From: Eledone cirrhosa | Lineage: Eukaryota | Assembly: GCA_964016885.1 (NCBI GenBank) | Contig: OZ024742.1 | Location: 340,070,001 to 340,134,000 of the forward strand | DNA: 64,000 nucleotides | Direction of reading: 5' to 3' | In this document: positions 1 to 14,662 of the stretch, piece by piece | Layout: the number at the start of each line of letters is the position of its first letter | Numbering within the stretch: position 1 is the stretch's first letter | The notes under the pieces: model-generated | What the model saw: only the letters and a program-made list of their open reading frames with translations | Database searches by the model: none | Told to the model about the DNA's origin: nothing | Made by a program: the position numbers and the translations under genes

Positions 1-358
1 TATATAATATAAATTACATATAATATATAATATCTCCGCTAGGTTTCTGTAAATCCGAAATCGACAAAATCCACTTGCAGGGGTCTACAAATTAATGGTT
101 TTTGGAAGATAGAACAGAGGAATTTACTTCATCAACAAGTTTTTCGTTCTCGTCCGCCCGGGTGTGTATAATAGCAGTAAACACTGGTTCAAGGCACATG
201 GTTTTCCAGAAGGGAGGTAACTCCCAGTTTTGGCGATCAAATTCAAATTTGGAACAAAGGAATAACATTTCTTTATATATATATATAAAAATATATAAAA
301 ATATATATATACAAATATATATATATATATTTGTATATATATATATATATATTTGTAT

Positions 359-399
<41 letters not shown>

Positions 400-562
400 A
401 ATATATATATATATAAAAATATATATATCCAAATATATATATATATATCCAAATATATATATATATATATATATTTGGATATATATATATATATTTGGAT
501 ATATATATTTGGATATATATATATATATTTGGATATATATATTTTTATATATATATATATTC

Positions 563-691
<129 letters not shown>

Positions 692-904
692 TATACTGTA
701 TATATGTTCAATGAAAAAGAGTCAGTTGGGTTATATTCAGCTGACTCATATATAACAAATTTCAAGCACTCGACAGTATCTGTTTAACCGGAGTTTAATT
801 ATAATTATAATAAACGGAAGACAGTTATTATATGCTTATTAGATACAGATGTAAACACCTCGTCTGACCGCCTGCATATCAAATGATTTCTACACCTCCA
901 GTGG

Positions 905-979
905 ATTTTGTCTGAAGAGAACATGTTTTGGCTTATGTTATACATAAACCTTGCATCTTAGAAATACGTATAATAAAAT
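905..979 (+). ncRNA. Type-I hammerhead ribozyme motif
   Basis: attttgt-CTGAAGA-long helix II-GAA[ATACGTAT]A-ataaaat; helix I pairs, palindromic helix III, AUA site. Confidence 0.7.
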
Positions 980-1087
980 AAGTTGGGATGGTCTAAAGTA
1001 ACTATCTTTCGTTTATTATTATTATTAGAAAATAAAGTACCAGTAATGCACTGGGTAATTGCTGGCCTTGTGCCAAAAGTAGAAACA

Positions 1088-1340
<253 letters not shown>

Positions 1341-1741
1341 ATATATATGCGTGTGTGTGCGTGTGTGTTGTGTGTGTGTGTGTGTATCTATATCTATACC
1401 TATATATTCATATATAGGAAAAAGAAGTTGAAAATACATTATAGTCTTTCACAAGATTTACTTAAAGTAAATTACCGGTTTCACAAGTTTAATGATTTTC
1501 AAAACTTACGAAAGATAGAGAAATGTGTGGCTATGACAACTTGTGACACGATTTACACATCTGAAACGGCTAAAGTTATAAATTATTGACAATAAACTTT
1601 CTTAAAGACTCCAATTGCATTTTCAACTTATTTTCCTATATTTTTACCTATCTGGAATACATCAAAGCCTTACTTTCGAATACACACGCAACTCACAAAT
1701 ATATATATATATATCAAGCGCGAGAGAGCAAGAGAGAGAGA

Positions 1742-1846
<105 letters not shown>

Positions 1847-1979
1847 TATGTTTAGGAAATAGTGAAATAGTGTTCGGGATGTGAATATTGACTTAGAAGT
1901 TGTCACCATAATATTGGCTAGAGAGACTAGTCTAATCTGCTCAGTGGCATTGTACGTCCCATTTATTATTAGACTATGT

Positions 1980-2166
1980 CGGTGGAATGGCAGTATCGGT
2001 AGAGGGTTGGACGCCATGCTTTCCACCATAGTTACGTCCCTTTACGGTCTGAGTTCAAATCCTGCCGAGGTTAACTTTGCCTTTCTTGCTTACGGGGTCG
2101 ATAAAATAAAGTACCAGTAATGCACTGGGACACTGCTGGCCTTTTACCAAAAGTAGAAACAATTAT
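1980..2166 (+). mobile_element. tRNA-derived SINE (family S1), Nin/Deu-like central domain
   Basis: A-box tggcagtatcggtag, B-box gagttcaaatcc, core ttgcctttc..cttacggggtcgataaaataaagtaccag, tail aaagtagaaacaatt. Confidence 0.85.
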
Positions 2167-2219
2167 ATCATTTAGTTAAAGTTACGGCGAGATCTAATTC
2201 AATTTCCATATATATACTG

Positions 2220-2250
<31 letters not shown>

Positions 2251-2457
2251 ATGTGTGTGTGTGTGCACATATGTCTTCTTCCGATGAGAATATAGCATAA
2301 TATATATTCGAAACAATGGTATTAACCCTTTAACATGCCCTGTATTGAGTCCTTTAATACATGACTAATATACTTAGCCCTAGAATTGAAGTAATCTATG
2401 AACTGATTTATGTCTATGTCTACACACACACACACACGCACACACACACGCACACAC

Positions 2458-2535
<78 letters not shown>

Positions 2536-2769
2536 TCACCTGTTCATTTTACACGCCTCTGGACTCACTGTTTTTAAATGTTTAATTACACCATACTAAG
2601 CGTTTTAGTAGACTGCCTTTTGATATGTGTTATACATTTTATATGCATCGAGTGTTATGCCACTTAACAGACAGATACTAATTGATCACTCACTCAATGA
2701 TATATATATTCAACACCTGATGCACTCTACCATGAACAGGTACATCAAATATACATATATATGTATATG

Positions 2770-2904
<135 letters not shown>

Positions 2905-2909
2905 TTGCG

Positions 2910-2964
<55 letters not shown>

Positions 2965-3050
2965 CTATATATATATATACATACACACACACATATATAT
3001 ATATATATATAAATAAATAAATATATATATATATATATACATACATACAT

Positions 3051-3117
<67 letters not shown>

Positions 3118-3182
3118 CACCTAATGTACTCTTCAATGAACAGTTGCAACAAATATACATATACATATATATCCATAAACTC

Positions 3183-3228
<46 letters not shown>

Positions 3229-3512
3229 GCATATACATACATATATATAATATAGACACGACGGCGCTATCACGATATAACAATATAACAATAGATATTC
3301 ATAGAATGATATGTCTGAAAAGTTTGTCTTTCAGTCATTGTTAAATAAATAATCACTTTACGTTATACAATATGGCAGAGTTTTTGAAGAGTTATCTTAT
3401 CAATTGACACGAACAATTTGATTACAAGTATTGTTACTTTTAGATTTTTATATTGCTTTTTTGTTGTTGTCAGTGTTGTTGCTGTCATTGTTGTATTCTC
3501 ATTTCGTATCGA

Positions 3513-4043
3513 TTGTGTATAGGTAGGTTGTTTATTGTGAGTTTGAGAGGTTGTGTATAGGTAGGTTGTTTATTGTGAGTTTGAGAGGTTGTGTATAGGT
3601 AGGTTGTTTATTGTGAGTTTGAGAGGTTGTGTATAGGTAGGTTGTTTATTGTGAGTTTGAGAGGTTGTGTATAGGTAGGTTGTTTATTGTGAGTTTGAGA
3701 GGTTGTGTATAGGTAGGTTGTTTATTGTGAGTTTGAGAGGTTGTGTATAGGTAGGTTGTTTATTGTGAGTTTGAGAGGTTGTGTATAGGTAGGTTGTTTA
3801 TTGTGAGTTTGAGAGGTTGTGTATAGGTAGGTTGTTTATTATGAGTTTGAGAGGTTGTGTATAGGTAGGTTGTTTATTGTGAGTTTGAGAGGTTGTGTAT
3901 AGGTAGGTTGTTTATTGTGAGTTTGAGAGGTTGTGTATAGGTAGGTTGTTTATTGTGAGTTTGAGAGGTTGTGTATAGGTAGGTTGTTTATTGTGAGTTT
4001 GAGAGGTTGTGTATAGGTAGGTTGTTTATTGTGAGTTTGAGAT
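3513..4043. repeat. 38-bp minisatellite, ~14 near-identical copies
   Basis: Unit ttgtgtataggtaggttgtttattgtgagtttgagagg; starts at 3513, 3551, ... Confidence 0.95.
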
Positions 4044-4127
4044 GTTCTGAGTTCAACTCATTCCAGGCATGAGTTGAAGTTAAGCATCCAAACCTTTCTG
4101 GGTTAAAATAAAAAAAAAGCCAGAAAC

Positions 4128-4312
4128 AATAATTGTTTCTACATATGGCACAAGGCCAGTAATTATCCCAGTACATTACTGGTACTTTATTTTATCGACC
4201 CCGTAAGGATGAAAGGCAAAGTTAACCTCGGCGGGATTTGAACTCAGACCATAAAGGGGCGTAATTCTATACTGCAAAGCATGGCATCCGACCTTTTACC
4301 GACACTGTCACT
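4128..4312 (-). mobile_element. SINE S1 copy (partial + strand copy at 4398-4490)
   Basis: Reverse complement of the S1 consensus. Confidence 0.8.
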
Positions 4313-4690
4313 GTCACCGCTAGAACAAAAGGATGGCGATGAACATAAAAAAAGGCACAGTGCAATGAGGCCGTTTGCTTCCAAATGAATCGAATATTTT
4401 GCCTTTCATCCTTACGGGGTCGATAAAATAAAGTACCAGTAATGTACTGGAAAATTGCTGGCCTTGTGCCAATAGTAGAAACAATTATTATACGATATTA
4501 ATCTCACGAATACATATCCGCTGTGTTAGAGCGAATAAACGAAATTCTAATTTTGATTTTTCAAATAAAAAAGAATTATCCGGCGTCTTACTGGATGTGA
4601 CAAACTATGGCGATTCAATTATTTACATAGTTTTAATACGAATTTTATAGTTTGGTCCGAATACTAGAAGCCATTATATATATATATAAA

Positions 4691-4778
<88 letters not shown>

Positions 4779-4902
4779 AAATGTAAAAATATATATATAT
4801 ATATTAAATGTAGAAATGGCATTTACAGATCTAGAATTGCTTCATTCGTATGAAAACATCAGGATATATTAAAACATTCTCACTTTCCAATATATATATA
4901 TA

Positions 4903-4976
<74 letters not shown>

Positions 4977-5177
4977 TTACACATCTCTCCATCTCTCTTA
5001 GCTTTTGAAAATCATAAAACTTGTGAAACGGGTAAAATTATAAGACATTGTACTGTATACTCACACACACACACACACAAAATTCTATATTCGAATGTGA
5101 GGCCTTTTTTAGTATATCCTGATGATTTGATTCGAATGAAACAATTCTAGCCCTGTAGAAGCAATTTCTATATTAAA

Positions 5178-5363
5178 AAATTGTTTCTACTTTAGGCACA
5201 AGGCCAGCAATTATCCAGTGCATTACTGGTACTTTATTTTATCCACCCCGTAAGGATGAAAGGCAAAGTCAACTTCGGCGGGATTTGAACTCAGATCGTA
5301 AAGGGACGTAACTATGCTGGAAAGCATGGCGTCCGACCCTCTACCGATACTGCCAATCCACCG
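5178..5363 (-). mobile_element. SINE S1 copy with 17-bp TSD
   Basis: gcaatttctatattaaa at 5161-5177 and 5363-5379. Confidence 0.9.
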
Positions 5364-5487
5364 CAATTTCTATATTAAATAATGATTTAAGATATGACAA
5401 CATCAATGGACCTGTTATTTTTATCTAAAGACATTTTTTCCAATTCCAACCCGCCCATCCACTCATTCTATCTTGTTTCTCATTCTT

Positions 5488-5523
5488 TCTTCTGATGAAG
5501 GACTAGCGTCTGAAACGTTAAGA
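5488..5523 (+). ncRNA. Minimal hammerhead ribozyme motif
   Basis: tctt-CTGATGA-aggactagcgtct-GAA[ACGT]T-aaga; degenerate relatives at 21935-21972 (+) and 37509-37543 (-). Confidence 0.75.
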
Positions 5524-5532
5524 CTCTCTTCT

Positions 5533-5831
5533 AAAACAATACCAGTGGTTGTAGGCGCTCTGGGAATGATACCTAAGGGGTCTAATGATTACTTATCGCA
5601 AATCCCAGGAAACCCGCGTATAGGAGAAATACAAAAGATAGTACTAATGGGAACTGCCCATATACTAAGGAAGATTCTGTCAATATATGTACATCACAAG
5701 TCTAAACACTAAAGATGCATGTGTGAGTATGTATGTTCTTTCTTGAACATGGCGGACCTTGTTGTCTCTTGAGGTCACTGGTTGTGACTTGGTGATAACT
5801 CATATGAGCATAAAGCAAGATAAATGCAACT

Positions 5832-5833
<2 letters not shown>
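5533..5833 (+). mobile_element. Extreme 3' fragment of a second, divergent R4/Dong-type element with (TAA)n tail
   Basis: KTIPVVVGALGMIPK...IQKIVLMGTAHILRKILS parallels the adjacent ORF end KVIPIVIGALGTISK...LQKACLLGTARTLRYVL. Confidence 0.8.
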
Positions 5834-5880
<47 letters not shown>

Positions 5881-5881
<1 letters not shown>

Positions 5882-7584
5882 TGGGAGACAGAGTTGACAT
5901 CAACTGGAGTATCCTTGGGAAGCGTGAAGATCAAGAGAGGTATCTTCCAGGGAGATAGCCTGTCCCCTCTGTTGTTTGTCCTTGCCCTGATGCCCTTGAC
6001 CATTATGCTGCGAAAAGTGAGAGCAGGTTACAAGTTGGGAAGGGGAGAGCTTACCATCAATCACCTCCTCTTCATGGACGATCTTAAGCTCTTCGGGAAA
6101 AGTGAGAAGGAGTTGGATGTGCTTGTTGACACTGTCCGTATTTTCAGCAATGATATATGTATGCAGTTTGGTATTGGTAAATGTGGAGTCATTGTGATGA
6201 GGAGGGGTAGGTTGAGCAGAAGTAACGGGATCCAGATACCAACAGGTGAAATGATAAAGGAAATTGACTCTGAGGAAGGATACAAGTATTTGGGCGTTCT
6301 GGAGGCTGATGGCATAAAGAACAAAAAAATGAAGGAATTGTTAAGAAGTGAATACATTCGGAGAGTAAGGAGCGTATTGAAGTCACATCTGAACAGCAGA
6401 AATGCCATAAGCGCAGTAAATTCCCGAGCTGTGTCTATTATTAGGTACAGTGCGGGAATTCTGAGATGGAATGTTGCTGAACAAAAAGAAATGGATAGGA
6501 AGACTAGGAAGCTATTGACTATCTACAACATGTTCCACAAGAGGAGTGATGTCGATAGACTCTACCTAAGGAGATCTGAGGGTGGAAGAGGTCTTATCAG
6601 CACAGAGGACTGTGTTCAGATGGAGAATAACAACCTATACAAATACGTGACCTATAGTAAGGAGCCAATGCTCAGAACTGTACTGAAGGAGGGGACAGTA
6701 GGCCAGGGGATGTCCAAGGAGGAAATAACATCAAGGAGGAAGAGCAGCCTTAAGGGAAAATCCCTTCATAGTACCTTCTTTGAGAAAACTGAATTTAGAG
6801 ATCCACAGACATGGAACTGGTTGAGAAGAGGAGACCTCAAAAAGGTTACAGAAGGAATGCTAATGGCTGCGCAGGAGCAGGCCCTCAAAATGAAGTGGTT
6901 GAAGCACCATATTTACAAGGAGGAGGCTAGCCCACTGTGCAGGATCTGTGGAGAGAGAGAGGAGACTGTGGCTCACATTGTGTCCGAGTGTAAACACCTA
7001 GCCCAGACCCACTATAAGGGCTGGAGACACGATGTGATGGGCAGGGTGATCCACTGGCACCTGTGCAAAGTAAACAATTTACCACATTCTGAGAAATGGT
7101 ATGAGCATAGGCCAGAGGCGGTGATGGAGAACAATCAGGTGAAGGTGCTGTGGGATTTTAGGATACAGACGGACAAAAAACTGGAACACAATAGACCTGA
7201 CCTGGTGGTTGTGGACAAAGAAAAAAGATCGTGTCTGATTGTGGATGTGGCCTGCCCGTTCGACACGAGAGTGCAAGAGAAGGAGAGGGAGAAAATTAAC
7301 CGATACCAGGACCTAAAGTGGGAGGTGAAAAGGATTTGGAACTGCCATGAAGTCAAAGTGATCCCGATTGTCATAGGCGCACTGGGGACTATCTCCAAAA
7401 GTTTCCAGGGATGGTTAAAGAAAATCGGCCCCTTCACGCTTTTTGGAACGCTTCAAAAGGCATGCTTGCTTGGAACAGCAAGAACCCTCCGATACGTCCT
7501 GAATATCTGAGGCTGCAGGTAGTGGCTTGATATTCAATCCAACGGACTTTCCAGTTAACCAACATCAATGACTGAGATTCAAGG
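5881..7584 (+). mobile_element. 5'-truncated R4/Dong-type (RLE-encoding) non-LTR retrotransposon inserted in (TAA)n
   Basis: (TAA)n at 5834-5880 and (AAT)n at ~7585-7616 flank an RT-CCHC-endonuclease ORF plus a short 3' UTR. Confidence 0.88.
5882..7510 (+). CDS. Partial RT + CCHC finger + restriction-like endonuclease ORF (uninterrupted)
   Basis: GIFQGDSLSPLLF, HLLFMDDLKLF (YxDD box), YKYLG, CRICGEREETVAHIVSEC, HNRPDLVVVDK...IVDVACP...EKINRY. Confidence 0.93.
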   Translation, partial: WETELTSTGVSLGSVKIKRGIFQGDSLSPLLFVLALMPLTIMLRKVRAGYKLGRGELTINHLLFMDDLKLFGKSEKELDVLVDTVRIFSNDICMQFGIGKCGVIVMRRGRLSRSNGIQIPTGEMIKEIDSEEGYKYLGVLEADGIKNKKMKELLRSEYIRRVRSVLKSHLNSRNAISAVNSRAVSIIRYSAGILRWNVAEQKEMDRKTRKLLTIYNMFHKRSDVDRLYLRRSEGGRGLISTEDCVQMENNNLYKYVTYSKEPMLRTVLKEGTVGQGMSKEEITSRRKSSLKGKSLHSTFFEKTEFRDPQTWNWLRRGDLKKVTEGMLMAAQEQALKMKWLKHHIYKEEASPLCRICGEREETVAHIVSECKHLAQTHYKGWRHDVMGRVIHWHLCKVNNLPHSEKWYEHRPEAVMENNQVKVLWDFRIQTDKKLEHNRPDLVVVDKEKRSCLIVDVACPFDTRVQEKEREKINRYQDLKWEVKRIWNCHEVKVIPIVIGALGTISKSFQGWLKKIGPFTLFGTLQKACLLGTARTLRYVLNI

Positions 7585-7615
7585 AATAACAACAATAATA
7601 ATAATAATAATAATA

Positions 7616-7737
7616 ATTGTTTCTACTTTAGGCACAAGGCCAGCAATTACACAGTGCATTACTGGTACTTTATTTTATCGACCCTGTAAGGAGGAAAGGC
7701 AAAGTCAACCTCGGCGGGATTTGAACTCAGATCGTAA
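7616..7737 (-). mobile_element. SINE S1, 5'-truncated; its (ATT)n tail abuts the R4 element
   Basis: S1 core and tail in reverse complement. Confidence 0.8.
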
Positions 7738-7824
7738 ATAATAAGAATAATAAATTTGAAGACTAAAATCCAAAGAAGGCTCGATAAGGATAAATATATA
7801 AACTTTAATCTGTTATTTTAATAA

Positions 7825-7892
<68 letters not shown>

Positions 7893-8534
7893 AGATAGAG
7901 ATAGGGAGAGGGAGAGAGTAAAAGAGATATCCAGCCAACAATGTTAACATTAAGCAGAAGACAAGAATATGGTGAGCATGTTTGGGACGGAGTAAATGTG
8001 TTTTTGTTGTTATTTTATGTCAACTCCTGATCGACCAGGCGTATGATAATATTCTAGCAGTGACCATCACGTTATATTTTCATGCTGTGTATAGTTGTAG
8101 TCGGAGAGGGTCGCCTGTTATTCATTGTCTGTCTAAATATAACATAGAAACGATAAAAAAGGAGATAGAGAAAGAGAGGTAGAGATAGAGATAGAGAGGG
8201 AGAGATAGAGATAGAGAGGGAGATATAGAGAAAGAGAGGGAGAGATAGAGAAAGAGAGGGAGAGATAGAGATAGAAAGGGATAGATAAAGATAAAGAGGG
8301 AGAGATAGAGATAGAGAGAAGCAAAGAGAGGGAAAAGAGAGGGGTTGAAAAGAAAGAGAAAGACAGAGACAGTAAATGAATAATTTCTCCAACACAGTAT
8401 ATATGAGAGAGAGAGGGAGGAAGTGATATTGTGAAATAGTGAGAGGAAAATAGACAGGGAATAGAGAAAGATTGCACACATATTTATTCATACACATATA
8501 TATGTATATATACATTAATGTATGTATACATATA

Positions 8535-8579
<45 letters not shown>

Positions 8580-8787
8580 GAAAAAGTATGACCCCGACGG
8601 CAGAGCTCAAGCCGTTTCGACGGCTATTTCTGGACTGAAATATCCGTCGAAACGGCTTGAGCTCTGCCGTCCGGGTCACACTTTTTCCTATTATTTGCCA
8701 CCCTACTACCCTAAGTATTGAGTACTCTGGTGCGTTATGGTCCATCTGGTTCCTTACCACAATTCCTTCGTTATATATATATATATA

Positions 8788-8849
<62 letters not shown>

Positions 8850-8894
8850 CATATACATATGTATATATAAATATACATACACACACACAGACAC

Positions 8895-8948
<54 letters not shown>

Positions 8949-9032
8949 ACATATAGAGTTCGAATCCTGCTGAAGTCAACTCTTTTTCATCCTTCCGAAG
9001 TCGATAAAATAAAGTACACATATATATATACA

Positions 9033-9171
<139 letters not shown>

Positions 9172-9239
9172 GCACACACACACACGCGCACACAGACACA
9201 CGCACACACACGCGCACACACGCACACACACACACACGC

Positions 9240-9295
<56 letters not shown>

Positions 9296-9619
9296 ACACA
9301 GACACACATACACACATATACATATATATATAGCTGTTAAGATGTGTTTAATAGCTTTAAGCAGTAATGTTCATCTGAAGCAGTTGAATGTGGTGAATAA
9401 CAATACATATGTCGTCCTACCGTCCTGTTACTACCATTGTACAACCAATAGGTCTGGTAACAGTCTAACGCTAATCTCATGATATGCTCATTTTGTGTAG
9501 TATATGTATAAATATGTATATACCCACTCTCACTTACAACCTCTCCCCCACTCTCAAGAGCGTGAAACTAATAAATCTTTGTTTGTACTGCCTCTCTGTT
9601 TTTGTTCCCGTTCCAGTTT

Positions 9620-9657
<38 letters not shown>

Positions 9658-9794
9658 CACTCTCTCTCACAATCCCTCTTATATGTATATATGTATATAT
9701 GTATATAGCCACTCTCTCACATTATCTCTCATTCTCTCTCTTATACTTGTACACTATTTCACTAACTTTCTTTCTCATATATATATACACATAA

Positions 9795-9948
<154 letters not shown>

Positions 9949-10005
9949 ATATATATATATATACATACATGTATACCAATACACTTTCACTCTCTCTCTT
10001 CTCAG

Positions 10006-10052
<47 letters not shown>

Positions 10053-10298
10053 TATATATATATATATATATAGATATATATATATATATATAAATACTTA
10101 CATAAATACATAATACTTACATACATAATATATATTCAATGTTTTTCACGATTCAGTAAACTTTACACTGAAAGAAACTCTTCATAAAAATCGAGTTCTC
10201 TGAATATTCATCAGCCTTTCCAGTTCTGAACTTATTCATTATTTAATATATACACTTGTGTATATACATCCACACACACACACACACATCCACATCCA

Positions 10299-10349
<51 letters not shown>

Positions 10350-10367
10350 GTATATATTATATATAAA

Positions 10368-10405
<38 letters not shown>

Positions 10406-10465
10406 CGTATATATATATATAAATATATATATATGTATATAAATATATATATATATGTATATATG

Positions 10466-10526
<61 letters not shown>

Positions 10527-10550
10527 GTGCGTATATATATATATATATAA

Positions 10551-10595
<45 letters not shown>

Positions 10596-10615
10596 TATAC
10601 ACATGTGTAAGAAAC

Positions 10616-10692
<77 letters not shown>

Positions 10693-10742
10693 TATAGATA
10701 TGTATATATGCTCACAGATTTACACATACACACAGATATATT

Positions 10743-10775
<33 letters not shown>

Positions 10776-11645
10776 GTGTGTGTGTGTGCATGTGTGTGTA
10801 AATATATTAATGCTGACCACTTGTGTCCGAGGAAGGCCACCATTGTATGTATATTAAAAAGAATCGTATTTTCGGCAGTATCTCTTAAAAGCCAGCTCAC
10901 TGCTGTCTTTTAGCAGACCTTACAAGGCTGCCTAACTGCATATCACGATGCAGAAGTATATTCTAATGTAGAGTATTGTGTCTTTTTCATCCACCAAACA
11001 AATTTGCAGACTTTCTCGCATAATCTCCATGTTGCACAATCTATAAACGTGAACTTACTGTAGGCAACAGTTTGTCTGGCCTAAAGATAAACGTATGCAT
11101 GTATGAATATATGTATATATGTATGTTTCTATGTATGTATGTATAAATATGTGTATATATGTATGTTTCTATGTATGAATGTATGAATATATGTATATAT
11201 GTATGTTTCTATGTATATGTGTATGTATGTGTGTATGATTATGTGTATATATGTATGTTTCTATGTACGTATGTATATATATGTATGTATATGCATGTAT
11301 GTATGTTCTTCAGGTTTTATAATTTCACAAATTGTTACCAATAGAGAGAGAGTCGGTTTCTAACATAGACACAAGACTCTCTCTTTGGAATTTACACAAC
11401 ATCAACTAGGTAGATATGTATGTATGTCTGCATGTCTGCATGTGTAGGTATGGATGTTATTGTATGTGAGGATGTGGATGTTTTGAGTTGTATGTGTGCA
11501 TGTGTATATGCTTTGTATTCGTACATGTGTATATGCAGTTATTAGATGCTGAATTTTTGGAATGTTTTACATATTTTTACTGTTCCATTAATGGATTGTA
11601 CTTGTAATTTCTTAACTAGTTGTATGTATACCTTCGTATGTATAT

Positions 11646-11693
<48 letters not shown>

Positions 11694-11763
11694 TATATAT
11701 ATACATGTAATATATATACATATATATATACATATAATATATATACATACAAACACACACACA

Positions 11764-11804
<41 letters not shown>

Positions 11805-11807
11805 GCG

Positions 11808-11906
<99 letters not shown>

Positions 11907-12256
11907 GAAAAGGGAAGGAAGGTTCTATACAAAACAGTGGTTATAGAGAGAAGGTGAAGTTGGAAATAGCACAGAAAATATATTTTAGGGTCTATTTTTC
12001 TTTCTTTTCTTTTCTTTGATTCGTCAAAGTGGCATTATTGAAGAAATGAGAGGGACAATTCTTTTAAAAAAAGAGTTTTATAAAGTATATAAAGTATATA
12101 AAGTATATAATGTATAACCGGTTTCGATGTATTAGTAAAATTCTTCTTATCACCTTCACGTTTTATCTATCTATCTATCTATCTCTTTATCTATCTATCT
12201 CTCTATCTATCTATCTCTCTATCTATCTATCTCTCTATCTATCTATCTATCTATCT

Positions 12257-13300
12257 AGGTGTGCCAGGCGCCCAGTTTTCTCGGTCCTGGGTCAAGCAAA
12301 GACCGAGAAAACTGGGCGCCTGGCACACCGAATGTGCCCAGGCGCTCACGGCTCTCTGGCAGGCGGACCCGGCTGTCAGTGGGGAATCCACCTCGTCATT
12401 CTATAGAGGGCTGGTGGTTAGCAGGTGCGACGACGCCATCGGAGAAGCCCTAGGCATGGAGGAAGACGAACTGGCCAACCTGTTCGGTAGGACATTCAGC
12501 CCGGGACCCATGGATAACTTCCAGAGGTCCCTGGCCTGGCAATGCTATAGAAGGGCTCTGCCCGTTCGAGAAAAGCTCTACAGACACGGGCGCCCGGGTA
12601 GGGACCCATCGAAAAAGATCTGTCCCAGATGCGTGTGCGACGAGGAAACCGTTGCACACGCATTGGTACACTGCTCGGGCATTGCCGATCTGTGGGGCTA
12701 TGTCGAACAACTGCTGTCAAGGGTGGGACCGATCCGGTTGACTACCGAGTCTATTGTAACGATCAAGCCGCCTCCCCTCTTCAAAAACCGAAGGAGAGGC
12801 GGTGTTTCTGTGCGTAATAGCCATGGCGAAAGAGGTTGCATGGTGGACGCGTCTGAAAGGACTGAGGTCAGACACCTTTCTCTCTGGCTAACAACTGGTC
12901 CGTTTCTTCCGATATCATTTCGGAAGAAGGATCAGGATGGAGAGAGAGGTGCTGCACCCCAGCCGTTTTTATGAAAGATGGGTGAAAGTGGCGAGAATGG
13001 CCCGTGTGAATGGGCCTTCACTCTACATCAGACTATAGGTGAGAAGATGAAAGACCAAGGGAGCACCCCTTCTCTGTGCTCCTGGGGAGAAGGGTTGCAC
13101 ACTTTTTTTCGGGGGTGTGTGCGACCCCCCCAAGGCGCCTCCTCTCTATTGAGGACTTTGTTATAAATGTTATTTTTTGTTATATTTTATTTTATTTTTA
13201 TATATTGTTATTGCCTCCTCCTTATTGAGGACGCCTTGTTTTGTAAACTCCCCCCATTGTACTTGTCCCACTTGTGATGCCCTTGTGGCAAATAAACATA
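12257..13300 (+). mobile_element. 5'-truncated Tx1/L1-like LINE (ORF2 C-terminal zf-RVT region + 3' UTR) in (TATC)n
   Basis: WQCYRRALPVREKL...CPRCVCDEETVAHALVHC; frameshift near 12790; ends gcccttgtggcaaataaa; (TATC)n on both sides. Confidence 0.8.
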
Positions 13301-13313
13301 TCTATCTATCTCT

Positions 13314-13353
<40 letters not shown>

Positions 13354-13355
13354 CC

Positions 13356-13387
<32 letters not shown>

Positions 13388-14010
13388 AGTGAGAATATTG
13401 AGAGATTGATAGGCAGATAAAGAGAAGGAGGGAGACAGTGAGATAGACAGACAGAAAGTGAAAAACCTTCCGGTCTAGTATAATGATATCTGAAACAATA
13501 GGTGGTCCAGGCAGACACACATACACACATACACACACACATACATACATACACACATGCATACACATATACACACATACACATACACCCACACATGCAT
13601 ATACACACACACACACTTACATACATACACACACATGCATACACACACATGCATACACGCACACACACCTGCATACACACAGATACATGCACATATATAC
13701 ACACAGCCACACATATATATGTGTGGCTGTGTGTGAATCTGTTGGTCATCTATATAGCTGGTGATACAACTGACTGCGGCCAGCTGATTAAGCTTGTTAT
13801 AACGGAAATACCTCACCACACTGACCATCTGTCATGTGATGTGTGTCTATATATCTGTTTATATACCCACATCTCACTCCTTCACACCCCCCGTCACACC
13901 CCCGTCAGCCGGACCCCCCCCCCCCCGCCCCCGCCACACCCCGTCACACCGTCCATCCTGTAGGCTCTTCTTTCACTGAACACTATTATCAAAATTGCGT
14001 CGTTGCTTAC

Positions 14011-14015
14011 CACCG

Positions 14016-14069
<54 letters not shown>

Positions 14070-14070
14070 T

Positions 14071-14150
<80 letters not shown>

Positions 14151-14182
14151 TAACCACACCACCACTACTACTACTACTACTA
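14011..14182. repeat. (CTA)n microsatellite
   Basis: Direct inspection. Confidence 0.9.
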
Positions 14183-14466
14183 CCTGCTTCGGTTTGTTGT
14201 TTTTTACGCTGTTTTTCTCTTTTCTTCCTATTTTCCCTTTTCGCTCTTCTATTTTTCTTCCCTCCCTCCTCCGTTTTCCAATAACTTACTCAGTTATTGA
14301 ACGTTCTGGAGGTAGATATATTGTCTTTAAAGCGTTGAAATATCCGAGACCCCCAGTAGACAACTGATGAGGAACCCCCCCCCCCCCCCCCCGTTCTTGG
14401 TCTCTTATTATTATTATTATTTTAAAGCATACCTTAATTACCAACTACACAGCCATCCTAGTCTCA

Positions 14467-14505
<39 letters not shown>

Positions 14506-14517
14506 CTCACCCTCTCT

Positions 14518-14568
<51 letters not shown>

Positions 14569-14577
14569 TCTCTCTCG

Positions 14578-14662
<85 letters not shown>

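Noticed and set aside
1980-2075. tRNA genes at A/B-box motifs
   Set aside because: They are heads of multicopy SINEs with no complete cloverleaf.
3513-4043. 38-bp repeats as a CRISPR array
   Set aside because: Units are head-to-tail with no unique spacers, there are no cas genes, and the context is eukaryotic.
5759-5881. N-terminus of the 583-aa ORF including poly-Asn
   Set aside because: Read-through of the previous element's 3' UTR and the (TAA)n target; RT homology starts at ~5882.
8636-8670. HHR in the gaaacggc fold-back family
   Set aside because: Only GAAAC is present, without CUGANGA or a UH triplet, so it is listed as a repeat only.
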